Shown here: positions 19,896-29,380 of the stretch, piece after piece
How positions within the stretch are numbered: position 1 is the first letter of the stretch
Layout of the letters: the number at the start of each line of letters is the position of its first letter
Assembly (NCBI GenBank): GCA_041746255.1
Contig: JBGTHM010000125.1
Location: 64,114 to 128,113 of the forward strand
Length of the DNA stretch: 64,000 bases
From: Fibrobacteria bacterium
GTDB lineage: Bacteria; Fibrobacterota; Fibrobacteria; UBA11236
Direction of reading: 5' to 3'
Translations under genes and position numbers: made by a program
The notes under the pieces: generated by a model
What the model saw: the letters and a program-made list of their open reading frames with translations, nothing else
What the model was told of the DNA's origin: nothing
The model's database searches: none

Positions 19896-21167
19896 ATGAG
19901 TGAGAAATCCAAATCTTCCAGTTCACGAGTTGAAGTTTTCTCGAATCAGCCTTTTCAGTTGCAAGAGAATCAAAACGATGTCGACGTGGTGGTTATTCAC
20001 AAGCAGGAATTGAAATTCCAAAACCTTTCGGTGGATTCGACCACTCCGAGCCTTACCGTTCAAGTGAATTCGGATGGACGGACAAGGCTTCATTATGTTC
20101 CTGAAACCAAGGTCGCCGGAGAAAGAATATCGATAAAAGGTCCAGATTTGTGTGAAATTTGGTTTCCCCGGCCCGTTAATGAAAATACGGAATTTCTTTT
20201 TTCAGGAATTTCCAAGCCTTTTTCCATGAACATACCTTCGCGTTTCATCAATCCGGCCGACCCGATGTACTTCATGTACGGAGAGCTACCGGGATTTACT
20301 TCTAAGCCGTCGACACCTGCTATTACCCCTTCTTCCATGGGCAAAGTTCCTCCCGGATTGGAGGATTTATTCATTACTGTGGCGGACACCGACAACACAC
20401 TGGTTGCTGGTGAATTCCGCGAGGGGTTGAACCGTGTTGAAGATTTGAGGGAAAAGCAGAAAGGGCTTTTGGAAATATTGTTGTTGAATACCATTTCCAA
20501 TAAAAACTTGGCCGGTGCGGCAGGTCAAGTTATCGACAACTTTGGCTTGCTTTCGGATTTTGCACGTGGCGGAAGATTTTACATCAAAATAACAGATGGA
20601 AAATACTATGTCATTTTCAAGGGATACCCTGGGCTGCGGCGAATCTATACGAGTTCAAGATATCGTTTGGACAAGAATTTCACCAAGTTTTCGATGCTGA
20701 CAATCGCGCAGGGCGTGACGCCTGCCCTGAAATCGGCCATCCCCAGATTGAGTAAAGGGAGTACCATCGGTTTACTATGGGTTGGTAGCACAAATACCTA
20801 TTCCTGGCTGCAGGAGGATGAAAAATTCCTCAGCGATTTATTGATTCAAATGGGATCGGATATAGTTAAGGCGGTGGCAAGTACCATTGCCGCTGCGTTA
20901 ATAATAGCAATCGGAATAGTCTTCACCGGGACGTCCTTGGCGATCTTTACATTAATTATAGGAACAATATTTTTTGGATTTGCTATCGGTATGGGCCTGG
21001 ACATAATCGATAACTGGCTAGGTGTTACTGATATAGTCAAAAAATATGGCAGGAAAATAAGCGCCCCTCTCGCGCCGCTTTGGAGATCCTATATCGATGA
21101 GCCGCTTTCCAGTTTTTTACAAAAGGCAAGTTGGGAAGTCATGCGAATTGATTTGAGGTCGCCATGA
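19896..21167 (+). CDS. Putative Tme-family membrane-disrupting (pore-forming) antibacterial effector
   Basis: C-terminal half has YVIFKGYPGLR, then a DxxK motif (SDIVK, D322), two hydrophobic helices and LDIIDNWLGVTD, the pattern of Tme effectors. Starts 1 nt after the stop of the Hcp fusion. Confidence 0.7.
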   Translation: MSEKSKSSSSRVEVFSNQPFQLQENQNDVDVVVIHKQELKFQNLSVDSTTPSLTVQVNSDGRTRLHYVPETKVAGERISIKGPDLCEIWFPRPVNENTEFLFSGISKPFSMNIPSRFINPADPMYFMYGELPGFTSKPSTPAITPSSMGKVPPGLEDLFITVADTDNTLVAGEFREGLNRVEDLREKQKGLLEILLLNTISNKNLAGAAGQVIDNFGLLSDFARGGRFYIKITDGKYYVIFKGYPGLRRIYTSSRYRLDKNFTKFSMLTIAQGVTPALKSAIPRLSKGSTIGLLWVGSTNTYSWLQEDEKFLSDLLIQMGSDIVKAVASTIAAALIIAIGIVFTGTSLAIFTLIIGTIFFGFAIGMGLDIIDNWLGVTDIVKKYGRKISAPLAPLWRSYIDEPLSSFLQKASWEVMRIDLRSP

Positions 21168-21937
21168 AAGGCTCCTTGCCTGTTGCATTAAGGTCCGAAA
21201 AAGATTTTCGGAATAGCATACGCATCGGAATCATTCCTACTTCGGTGTTTTTTTTGCTATTGCTTTTGTATTACCCTATTTCGATAGCTATGTTTATTTA
21301 TTTTCCGTTCATAATTGCACATATCATTGTTATTTATATATCGAAGGATTCCTTTGGACTGCTAGCCCATCACAGGCTATTTCCTTCCATACTATTTGTG
21401 GCATGGCCTTACCTTTTTTGCTTGTTATACATCGCGTATGCAGGGAAGGCAACGCAATATCATCCGATCTATTTCCCCTCCCTTCTTGCATTGGGAAGCT
21501 TTTCATTTATTTTGACATTCTACTTCGGATTTAAGGATTGCCTGGCATTGGATGAAAAATCCGTTGAAAAACGCCTGAGGTCCGTGGATTGGGAAACAGG
21601 AATTTATGATGTCGAAACCCATTCCCTTGAATCGGTAAATATATTCGGAGTAATAGTTGAAAGCTTTCCGACCTGGAAATTGGTTTACCAGATTGGGTTA
21701 ATCCTCTCCCCGGGTCCAATTATACTTTTTACTGCCAAACACATTTCGGGACACCTCGTATCAATAATTATGGTAGCAGTTGGGTGGGGAGGGGCCATAC
21801 TATTTGGTGGAATATCGATAGAGTTAATCTATGATGCTTGGTTCTTGCGTAAAATGGAAAAAGAAAAAGGCGTTCGACTGGTTTTATCGAATTCTACCCG
21901 TGCAAATGAAATTTTTAAAAAAACTCGGGATGAATGA
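21164..21937 (+). CDS. Polytopic membrane protein, putative cognate immunity protein
   Basis: About 5-6 TM helices, very AT-rich, ATGA overlap with the effector stop. Confidence 0.65.
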   Translation: MKGSLPVALRSEKDFRNSIRIGIIPTSVFFLLLLLYYPISIAMFIYFPFIIAHIIVIYISKDSFGLLAHHRLFPSILFVAWPYLFCLLYIAYAGKATQYHPIYFPSLLALGSFSFILTFYFGFKDCLALDEKSVEKRLRSVDWETGIYDVETHSLESVNIFGVIVESFPTWKLVYQIGLILSPGPIILFTAKHISGHLVSIIMVAVGWGGAILFGGISIELIYDAWFLRKMEKEKGVRLVLSNSTRANEIFKKTRDE

Positions 21938-22089
21938 ATTCAGAAAACTCTTTCGTCGGCAGTAACTCGGGCGGTAGCGGAATCGAAAGAGTATGCGGTA
22001 CATTTTATTTAGAACGCCTAAAATAATGGATTAGTTATAAATATTGGTTAAAGGGGCGAAGAGGATTCCAGCCAACGAGGTGGGTTGAT

Positions 22090-22986
22090 TTGGTACAGAA
22101 ACTGTTTCTATTCTCGGTTTTTCTTGGCAATATATGGGCGCAATCCGGTGAAGAAATCCTGGAAAAACACGGGCTTACGGACCCTGATTTCAAACTGGAC
22201 GGTTTGGATTTCTCCTCCTTAACTAAAACAGTCGACTCCAGCGTGTATTTCTATCAGGGTACTACCAATCGTTTGGATAGTATGCATCAGCTTTATGAAT
22301 TTATGTCGCCCGCACCTGAATACCGCAAGGCCACCTTTTCCTATGTAAAAAGCAAAATGGGTCGTTACGAACGTGAAATAAAGGTGGATACAAAAACTAA
22401 TGAAGTCATTTATGATGAAACTCGTCAATTCGACAAGCATGACAAACTTCTATCAGTGAATACGCTGTCCGAGTCAATGGGTAAATCCGTCCAGGGTAAT
22501 ACCTATGACGAGCGCGGCAATCGCATCAGGACCCTAAGTTTCAATAATGAAAATAAGGTCGTGGGAGATAATTCTTTCGAATATGACTCCCAAAACCGTA
22601 TGGTGAAATGGATAAATAACAGTTACACAAATGAACGATATCGCAAATATTACTACACAGATTTTGACAGTTTATCCGCGGAAAGCAACGTCTACCCCGA
22701 AGAAAATCGAGAGGACATGTTTATCGTCTCTTTCTTCAACTCGGAAAAGTTACTCTGGAAATCAATCCACTATGCCTTTGACACGGTTCGGTCTCCACAA
22801 CTTATTTGGTACCATCAATACGATTCTCTCCGAAGAAAGACTAACTCCTATCTCTTCCAGTGGCTGGACACCACCAAGCCTTGGCGTATGGAGGATATGA
22901 CCTTGAGGTGGCGTGAAACCTATGAAGATGATTCGCGAAACCGGCTGAAACGGAAAATCATTCGGGAAGTGGGTTTTGATGATTAG
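22090..22986 (+). CDS. Exported YD/RHS-like repeat protein
   Basis: Signal-like N-terminus; repeats YDERGNRI, FEYDSQNRMV, YDSLRRKT, YEDDSRNRL. Confidence 0.65.
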   Translation: MVQKLFLFSVFLGNIWAQSGEEILEKHGLTDPDFKLDGLDFSSLTKTVDSSVYFYQGTTNRLDSMHQLYEFMSPAPEYRKATFSYVKSKMGRYEREIKVDTKTNEVIYDETRQFDKHDKLLSVNTLSESMGKSVQGNTYDERGNRIRTLSFNNENKVVGDNSFEYDSQNRMVKWINNSYTNERYRKYYYTDFDSLSAESNVYPEENREDMFIVSFFNSEKLLWKSIHYAFDTVRSPQLIWYHQYDSLRRKTNSYLFQWLDTTKPWRMEDMTLRWRETYEDDSRNRLKRKIIREVGFDD

Positions 22987-23306
22987 GACACAATTCTGCG
23001 CCCTGCGGCGCAGGTATGGAACAGTTCGCTGGTTATCCCGTAGCGCTGGCGGCAACCCATCGGGCAGGATGGAGTAGGTTTGTCGGCCTGATACACGCCG
23101 TTATTGTGTGGGACCTATCCCCGGGCATCCAGGAAATCGTCTATTTAGGGGAAATTAGGCGTTTACCCCCTTTGAATGCAGTCCCTAGCCTAAAAATTGA
23201 GGATATAGGCTTGCAGGGTATCGACTTAGGACCTTTTCTGCATTAAATTAAATTGAATAACCATCCCATTGGGACAATTACAATTTACCTGACAGGGGGG
23301 GAGTCG

Positions 23307-24755
23307 ATGAGAATCGAATATTTTATCTCAGCATTATTTATTTCACTAGCGATAGTAGTCAATCCATCCCCTGCGCAAATCCCCACCAGCGTCGTGCTCA
23401 AGCCCGTTTTCGCAGGGCAGATTTCTTTCACTCGACCCGTGTATTTCAACGAAATGCCAGGTAAACCCGAGCATTATATAATCCTGGAAAGCCATTTAGG
23501 TCGTGTTTCCTTGGCGCATCGGGAAAACAACCAATGGGTCAAGAAGGAGTTCCTGAGGATTTCCATAAATAGCAGTCAGCCCGAAATGGGTCTGCTCGGT
23601 TTCGCTTTCCATCCGGACTTCAAAACGAACCGGAAATATTACCTCAACTACAATCCAACGGGTAAGTTAGCGACGGTAATTGAGGAGCGCGTGGCCGATG
23701 TAACTTTTTTGAAGGATTCCGGGCAGCCTGGGCGCACCATCATGGAATTCGATCAGCCCTACGGAAACCATAACGGCGGCAGTTTGGAATTCGGGCCGGA
23801 CGGGTTTCTTTACATTGGAACGGGAGATGGCGGATCGGGCGGTGATCCGCAGAATCGGGCGCAGAACCTGAACGTTATCCTGGGAAAAATGCTGCGCATC
23901 AATGTGAATAGTAAGGACCCCGGAAAAGAATATGCCGTACCAAAGGACAATCCCTTTATCGGCGTAGATAATACCAGACCGGAAATCTGGGCCTACGGGT
24001 TGCGTAACCCTTGGAAATATTCCTTTGACAGTGAAACCCAGGAGTTACTGATAGGCGATGTCGGCCAAAGACATCGGGAAGAAATCACCCTGGCAAAAAA
24101 AGGCGAAAATTTAGGCTGGAAAATTCGCGAAGGAAATACCTGTTTCAATCCGAATAATGCTACCTCGCCCTTAAACACTTGCAATTTTAACGGCATGCGC
24201 GAACCGATCGTCTCCTTGCCGCGGTCAGAAGCGGAGTCCATCACGGGCGGATATGTATTCCGGGGCAGTCCGGATGCCCGTTTCACCGGGGTGTACATTT
24301 TCGGGGATTATGGCACCCGAAGGATTTGGGGATTGACGCATAAGGACGGGACCTTAATCGAGAGAGTCCAGATAGGAACCGCTTCCGGCGCGATTTCATC
24401 CTTCGGCACCGATTCGCAAGGAAATATCTACGTGGTCACCTTCAACGGAATATTCAAGCTGGAACATGCGGAGCTCCGTCCCGCGGCAACCTCTGCCCGG
24501 AAAACTAATGCCCCCTTCGGTATGGGTAAGTTTCAAGTGGTTAAAAATGCTGCCGGAACCTATTCCGTTTCCTTCCCATCCCCTTCGCACGAAAGCTTCG
24601 ACTTCCACCTCTTTCGCACCGACGGTACTCTGGCGATGAAGAAAAATTCCGTCCGCACGTCCCGGAAAATCGAATTGCTAGTGAAACCAGGCATGTACAT
24701 AGCGCGAATAAAAGCGGGGGGAGCCATTAATTCGCAAACGCTTTATCTCGATTAA
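23307..24755 (+). CDS. PQQ-dependent (aldose) sugar dehydrogenase family protein with a T9SS-like C-terminal domain
   Basis: GLLGFAFHPDF, NHNGGSLEFGPDGFLYIGTGDGG, EIWAYGLRNPW, SITGGYVFRG; C-terminus LFRTDGTL...KPGMYIARI resembles a Por-type CTD. Confidence 0.88.
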   Translation: MRIEYFISALFISLAIVVNPSPAQIPTSVVLKPVFAGQISFTRPVYFNEMPGKPEHYIILESHLGRVSLAHRENNQWVKKEFLRISINSSQPEMGLLGFAFHPDFKTNRKYYLNYNPTGKLATVIEERVADVTFLKDSGQPGRTIMEFDQPYGNHNGGSLEFGPDGFLYIGTGDGGSGGDPQNRAQNLNVILGKMLRINVNSKDPGKEYAVPKDNPFIGVDNTRPEIWAYGLRNPWKYSFDSETQELLIGDVGQRHREEITLAKKGENLGWKIREGNTCFNPNNATSPLNTCNFNGMREPIVSLPRSEAESITGGYVFRGSPDARFTGVYIFGDYGTRRIWGLTHKDGTLIERVQIGTASGAISSFGTDSQGNIYVVTFNGIFKLEHAELRPAATSARKTNAPFGMGKFQVVKNAAGTYSVSFPSPSHESFDFHLFRTDGTLAMKKNSVRTSRKIELLVKPGMYIARIKAGGAINSQTLYLD

Positions 24756-24767
24756 TTATCTTAATCC

Positions 24768-25988
24768 ATGCATGAATGGAAACGGCTAATGTTGCAGCTT
24801 CCCGCGTTGACAGCCGCCGTATTCCTGCTTTCCTGTTCCGGCGTCGCAGGTTCCAAAGCCGAAATCGCCTCCCAATCCATTCGCTTCGAACCCGCCTTCG
24901 CAACCGGCGACAAAAATAAATTCCAATACCCGCTGTGGTTCGGCCCGGTGCCTGGCTTGACCGAAGTGTACGCGGTAGTCGAGCGTGGCACCGGTGCGCG
25001 CGATGGCCGCGTGTGGTTGCTGGAAAAAAAGGGGGACGACTGGGATAAATCCCTGTTCCTCTCCGTACCGGTGGAATCGGGCCGCAGGCAGGGGGAAGAA
25101 CGGGGATTGCTGGGTTTGGTCTTCCATCCCGAGTTCGCCGAGAACCGTCGCTACTTTATCAACCGGAACCCGCCCAAGACCGGCGCGCAATCCGATTCGA
25201 CTTTCATCGAAGAAAGGTGGGCCCGCGACGATTTCCGCGGTGATTCGGGCAGACCTCCCAGACGTATTCTCTCAGTGGCACAGCCCTATTGGAATCACAA
25301 CGGCGGCGGCATGGCCTTCGGTCCCGACGGGTTGCTCTATATCGGAATGGGGGACGGCGGCAGCGGCGGCGATCCGCAGGGCCATGGCCAAAACCTGGAA
25401 ACGCTTTTGGGCGCCATGCTGCGCATCGACGTCAACGGCGCAGGAGAGACGGCGCCCTACTCCATCCCCACTGACAATCCCTTCGTAAACCGGCAAGGCG
25501 CCCAACCCGAAATCTGGGCATACGGCTTGCGCAACCCCTGGCGTTTCAGCTTCGACCCCCTGACCGGGGATTTATGGGTAGGCGACGTAGGGCAGGTCAA
25601 GCGCGAGGAAATCAACATTGTAACCGCCGGAGCCAATATGGGATGGGCGATTCGCGAAGGCAATCTCTGCTACCGGCCGCCCACAGGGTGCCGCGAAGAA
25701 GGGTTGACGCCGCCCATCGTCGATTTGGATCGCAATGCCGCGGCCTCCATTACCGGCGGTTATGTCTATCGGGGCGACACGGCATCCGAATATTACGGCT
25801 ATTATCTCTTCGGGGATTATCAAACCCGCTATATCTGGGCACTGAAGCAGGAGAACGGGCGGGCCTCCGATTTCAAAAGAGTGGGGCGGCTACCCGCCAT
25901 GATGGCGACCTTCGGCGTGGATGTCCGCGGAGAAATCTACGCCGTGGGTTTCGACGACGGTATCGTGTACCGCCTGATTCTACCTTGA
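24768..25988 (+). CDS. PQQ-dependent (aldose) sugar dehydrogenase family lipoprotein
   Basis: Lipobox LLSC; ERGLLGLVFHP, NHNGGGMAFGPDGLLYIGMGDGG, YGLRNPWRFSFD. Confidence 0.9.
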   Translation: MHEWKRLMLQLPALTAAVFLLSCSGVAGSKAEIASQSIRFEPAFATGDKNKFQYPLWFGPVPGLTEVYAVVERGTGARDGRVWLLEKKGDDWDKSLFLSVPVESGRRQGEERGLLGLVFHPEFAENRRYFINRNPPKTGAQSDSTFIEERWARDDFRGDSGRPPRRILSVAQPYWNHNGGGMAFGPDGLLYIGMGDGGSGGDPQGHGQNLETLLGAMLRIDVNGAGETAPYSIPTDNPFVNRQGAQPEIWAYGLRNPWRFSFDPLTGDLWVGDVGQVKREEINIVTAGANMGWAIREGNLCYRPPTGCREEGLTPPIVDLDRNAAASITGGYVYRGDTASEYYGYYLFGDYQTRYIWALKQENGRASDFKRVGRLPAMMATFGVDVRGEIYAVGFDDGIVYRLILP

Positions 25989-26987
25989 TTACCGGATTTC
26001 GCAATCGGTGAGGCAGTCGCCCTGTACGCAGCCGTCTACCTGCAAAGTCAGGTGATCCACCCGGTACTCCTCGTTCAGCTTTTTGGTGAGGCTTTCCATT
26101 ACGGCCTTTTGGGAGGTCGTGCCCGGGACGCATTGCACATGGGCGCTGAGGTATAAATCCCTGCCGTTCATGGTCCATAGGTGCAAATCGTGCACACTGT
26201 CGACCTCCAAGGTTTCCAGCATGGTTTTACGCACATCCTCCAGTTCGACGCCCTCCGGCGTGCCTTCCACCAGAATATGGGCGCTGCGGCGCATGATGCG
26301 ATAGCCGCCCAAGGCGATGACGACGGCGATGATGATGCTCAATAACGGATCGATCCACAGCCATCCGCCCAGGATTATCCCTATAGCCGCCACGACGGCG
26401 GCCACGGAGGCGGCCAGGTCTCCCATTACATGCCATAAGGCGCCTTGCAGGTTGAGCGATTTTTCCTCTTCGCCGCGATGCAGCCACCAGGCTACGAATA
26501 CATTGACGAGCAATCCCAGCGAAGCCACCCACAGCATGGGCCAGGCCATAACCTCCTCCGGAGCGAAAAGCCGCTGGACGCCATGGAAAACGATGAATCC
26601 CGCCATCAGGCAAAGGGAAAGCCCATTCGCGAAAGCCGCCAGAATTTCAAAGCGTTTGAAGCCGAAGGTTTTTTCATGCGTGGCGCGCCTTGTGCCCAGC
26701 GAGACCGCCAAGGCGGCTATTCCCAAGGCCACCGCGTCGGTAAGCATATGCAAACCGTCGCTTATCAGGGCCAGGGAATTGAAAAGCCAGCCGGAGACCA
26801 CCTCCACCACCATGAATACGGCGATGATGAAAAAGGAGAGTCGCAGCTTGTAAAAAGAAGCGTGCGGAACGTGGAGGATTTCCTCGCCATGATCATGCGA
26901 ATGTCCATGGTGGTGATCATGCCGGTGTCCATGACTGTGGCCCTGTTTATGGGCATGGCCTGTTTTTTCGGGATTTTTTTCAGCCAT
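25989..26987 (-). CDS. Cation diffusion facilitator (CzcD/ZitB-like) with a His-rich N-terminus
   Basis: SLALISDGLHMLTD, TFGFKRFEILAA, NLQGALWHVMGD, VHDLHLW; His-rich leader. Confidence 0.93.
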   Translation of the reverse strand: MAEKNPEKTGHAHKQGHSHGHRHDHHHGHSHDHGEEILHVPHASFYKLRLSFFIIAVFMVVEVVSGWLFNSLALISDGLHMLTDAVALGIAALAVSLGTRRATHEKTFGFKRFEILAAFANGLSLCLMAGFIVFHGVQRLFAPEEVMAWPMLWVASLGLLVNVFVAWWLHRGEEEKSLNLQGALWHVMGDLAASVAAVVAAIGIILGGWLWIDPLLSIIIAVVIALGGYRIMRRSAHILVEGTPEGVELEDVRKTMLETLEVDSVHDLHLWTMNGRDLYLSAHVQCVPGTTSQKAVMESLTKKLNEEYRVDHLTLQVDGCVQGDCLTDCEIR

Positions 26988-27002
26988 GGGTTTAAAAATA
27001 GC

Positions 27003-27039
27003 AAAAGACCCCTCCCGGGAGCGGAATCCGGAAGGGGTC
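27003..27039 (-). terminator. Rho-independent terminator downstream of the TonB-dependent receptor
   Basis: Stem GACCCCTCCCGG / CCGGAAGGGGTC (one G-U pair on the minus strand), followed by UUUU on the minus strand. Confidence 0.65.
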
Positions 27040-27097
27040 GGAGGGTTATGCCGGGATTTCAGGCCCCGGCAAGCGTTAGGGTTGCCTAAAGTTTGTC

Positions 27098-29353
27098 TTA
27101 CAAATCGACCCGAATGCCTCCAAAGAAGGTTCTGGGAAGAATGGGCCGTAGTCCGGAAGGAACCCGCGAGGCCACGCCTTGTTCATCCAAAATATTTTTC
27201 ACATTGCCGGTAAGGGAGGCATTCCGGGACAGCCGCCAAGCCGCGCCTACATCCACGGTTCCGTAATTGCCGATGCGATCCGAAGGATCGATGGTCCCGC
27301 TTCCCGCCGTGTTCCGCATAGGGCCCACATAATTTCCGACGGCATCGAGCGAAAGCGCGCCGACATTCAAGCCGCCGCCGACTAGCACACGGTGTTCCGC
27401 GAGTTGGGGCAGGTTATCACCTTCATTGACGTTGCCCCATAGTGCATAATCGCTATTAAAAGTTGTGAGAAACTCCCCTTGCATGTAGGTATACGCGGCG
27501 CGGACGGGAATACCCACCGGCAGGTTCATCAAGGCGCCGATATCATGACCCGCGGCCAGTTCCACTCCAAAAATACGCGCTTCGCCGCCATTGTGTTGCT
27601 CACCGGTGCTGAGTCCCCCGCCCGCGGCGGATTCGCTGCCGGAGAGATTGTCGTAGAGATTGGCGAAAACGGCGGCCTGGACATTGGCCGCGCCTGCTCG
27701 CAAGCGCGCTCCCAACTCAATGTTCAAGCTTTCCTCGGCCAGGATGCTGTCGTTCTGCCCGGGACCAGGCGGGTCGAAACCTTTATGCACGCCAGTGAAA
27801 ACCGTCAAAGCAGCGGTGGGAGCATAGGACAGTCCCAGACCCCATACAAAAACCTCCGTGGAACTTTCCCGGGTGGTGGGATCGCCGTCACGTTCCGGAT
27901 CGGTTGCCGCCCAGTCCCGCCTTTCGGAGTCCAGATGCTCATAGCGCACGCCCGGCGACAGGGTGAAGTCAGACCATTTGATGTCGTCCTGGAGGTATAG
28001 CGCCAGCGCATGGGTGGATCCGATGCGGTTATTACCACTGCCGCTGCCGGGAGCGCCGCGCTGGGTCAGCGAAAGCGAACCGTTCACCATCTGATACCGG
28101 TCGGACCATTGCAGTCGGCCTTCCTCATCATAATGGTAGCGCACGCCCACTTGGAGGGTGTGGTCGAGCATACCCGTAGTCGCTTTCGCCTGCACGCCGG
28201 TTTGCGCGCCCCAAGCGTAATAATTGCGATTGTTCGCCTTCACTTCCAAAGCGCCGGGATCGCTGTCGGCCTGGCCGGAGACAATGTTATAGGCATTGGC
28301 ATTGGCGGAAGGGTTGTTCAGTACAGTCGCGATGCCGATTCCAGCCACCTTATCGAGCTTATACCAATTGCGTTGGACATCGTTGCGATAGACGCGGGTG
28401 GTTATGTCGAGCCAGGAAAGAGGTTGGATGAAGTGCCGGAAGGAAAGCTGGTGCTGCTCCACGTCCAAACGGTCTTCGGCGGAGCCGGCATAGCGTCGGA
28501 GAGGATTGGCCCAGAAGTCGGCTTCGGTCAACCCGAGATAGGTTTCGTGGGAGACTTCGCCCGTGCGGCCCGCCTTGATTTCCGCCTCTTGATAAATGCT
28601 CCATTGCGCCGGAGTGTTCAGGCGGACCTTGAACAGATAGTCCTGTCTATCGAAGCCCGTGGGCGCGGCTTTGATCAAGTCGGGAAAGCGTTGCGCGGAA
28701 CCGGGCAATTCCTTGAAACCATCGGTACGTTGCTGGTAGGTTTCGGCCAGCCATCCGAATACCTCTCCGGAGCCGCCGGCGTAACCATGGAATTTACCCG
28801 ATTGATGTTCGCCCAGCGTGAGGTTGAGCCGAGCGGCGCTACCCACCGGAATGGGAGTGGAAACGAAATTGAGGACGCCTCCGGTGGTGCCGGGTCCGTA
28901 CAGCACCTGGCTCGAACCCTTGCGCACTTCCACCGAATGCATGCGCCCCACGGCGGGAAAGTAATAAGCGGCCGGCGCGGAATAGGGCGCGGGCGCGACG
29001 AGTATGCCGTCTTCCATCACGGTCACCTTGCCGCTGCGTTCGATGCCGGCACCTCGAATGCCGATGTTGGGGCGGTTGCCGAAGCCTTCCTCTTCCATGA
29101 CGTCGACGCCGGGGATTTCCCGCAATACCCGGTGGATATCGGTATAGTCCTGCTTGTCCAGGGTTTTGCGATCGACGATATGGGCGCTGCCCGCGATTTG
29201 CCGGAGACGGGCTTCGGCGCCCACCACTTGCAGCGATTGCATGGTCAGGGTGTCGCGGGCTCTCGCCGGAGAGGTCTCATCGGCATGGGAAGGTAGCGCG
29301 AAAAAGGCTGCGAGGCATAGGCCTGAGGCCGTCGTGCGGAGAAAGGGGGTCAT
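27098..29353 (-). CDS. TonB-dependent receptor (FecA-like, iron uptake)
   Basis: Signal peptide; plug motifs IPGV...EEGFGNRPNIGIRG, VEVRKG..Q..YGP.TTGGVLN; C-terminal beta-strand FFGGIRVDL. Confidence 0.93.
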   Translation of the reverse strand: MTPFLRTTASGLCLAAFFALPSHADETSPARARDTLTMQSLQVVGAEARLRQIAGSAHIVDRKTLDKQDYTDIHRVLREIPGVDVMEEEGFGNRPNIGIRGAGIERSGKVTVMEDGILVAPAPYSAPAAYYFPAVGRMHSVEVRKGSSQVLYGPGTTGGVLNFVSTPIPVGSAARLNLTLGEHQSGKFHGYAGGSGEVFGWLAETYQQRTDGFKELPGSAQRFPDLIKAAPTGFDRQDYLFKVRLNTPAQWSIYQEAEIKAGRTGEVSHETYLGLTEADFWANPLRRYAGSAEDRLDVEQHQLSFRHFIQPLSWLDITTRVYRNDVQRNWYKLDKVAGIGIATVLNNPSANANAYNIVSGQADSDPGALEVKANNRNYYAWGAQTGVQAKATTGMLDHTLQVGVRYHYDEEGRLQWSDRYQMVNGSLSLTQRGAPGSGSGNNRIGSTHALALYLQDDIKWSDFTLSPGVRYEHLDSERRDWAATDPERDGDPTTRESSTEVFVWGLGLSYAPTAALTVFTGVHKGFDPPGPGQNDSILAEESLNIELGARLRAGAANVQAAVFANLYDNLSGSESAAGGGLSTGEQHNGGEARIFGVELAAGHDIGALMNLPVGIPVRAAYTYMQGEFLTTFNSDYALWGNVNEGDNLPQLAEHRVLVGGGLNVGALSLDAVGNYVGPMRNTAGSGTIDPSDRIGNYGTVDVGAAWRLSRNASLTGNVKNILDEQGVASRVPSGLRPILPRTFFGGIRVDL

Positions 29354-29380
29354 GGCGAACTGCTCCTTGGTGGGTTAAAC

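Noticed and set aside
28010..29296. 428-aa + strand ORF
   Set aside because: Antisense shadow of the TonB receptor; no recognisable motifs.
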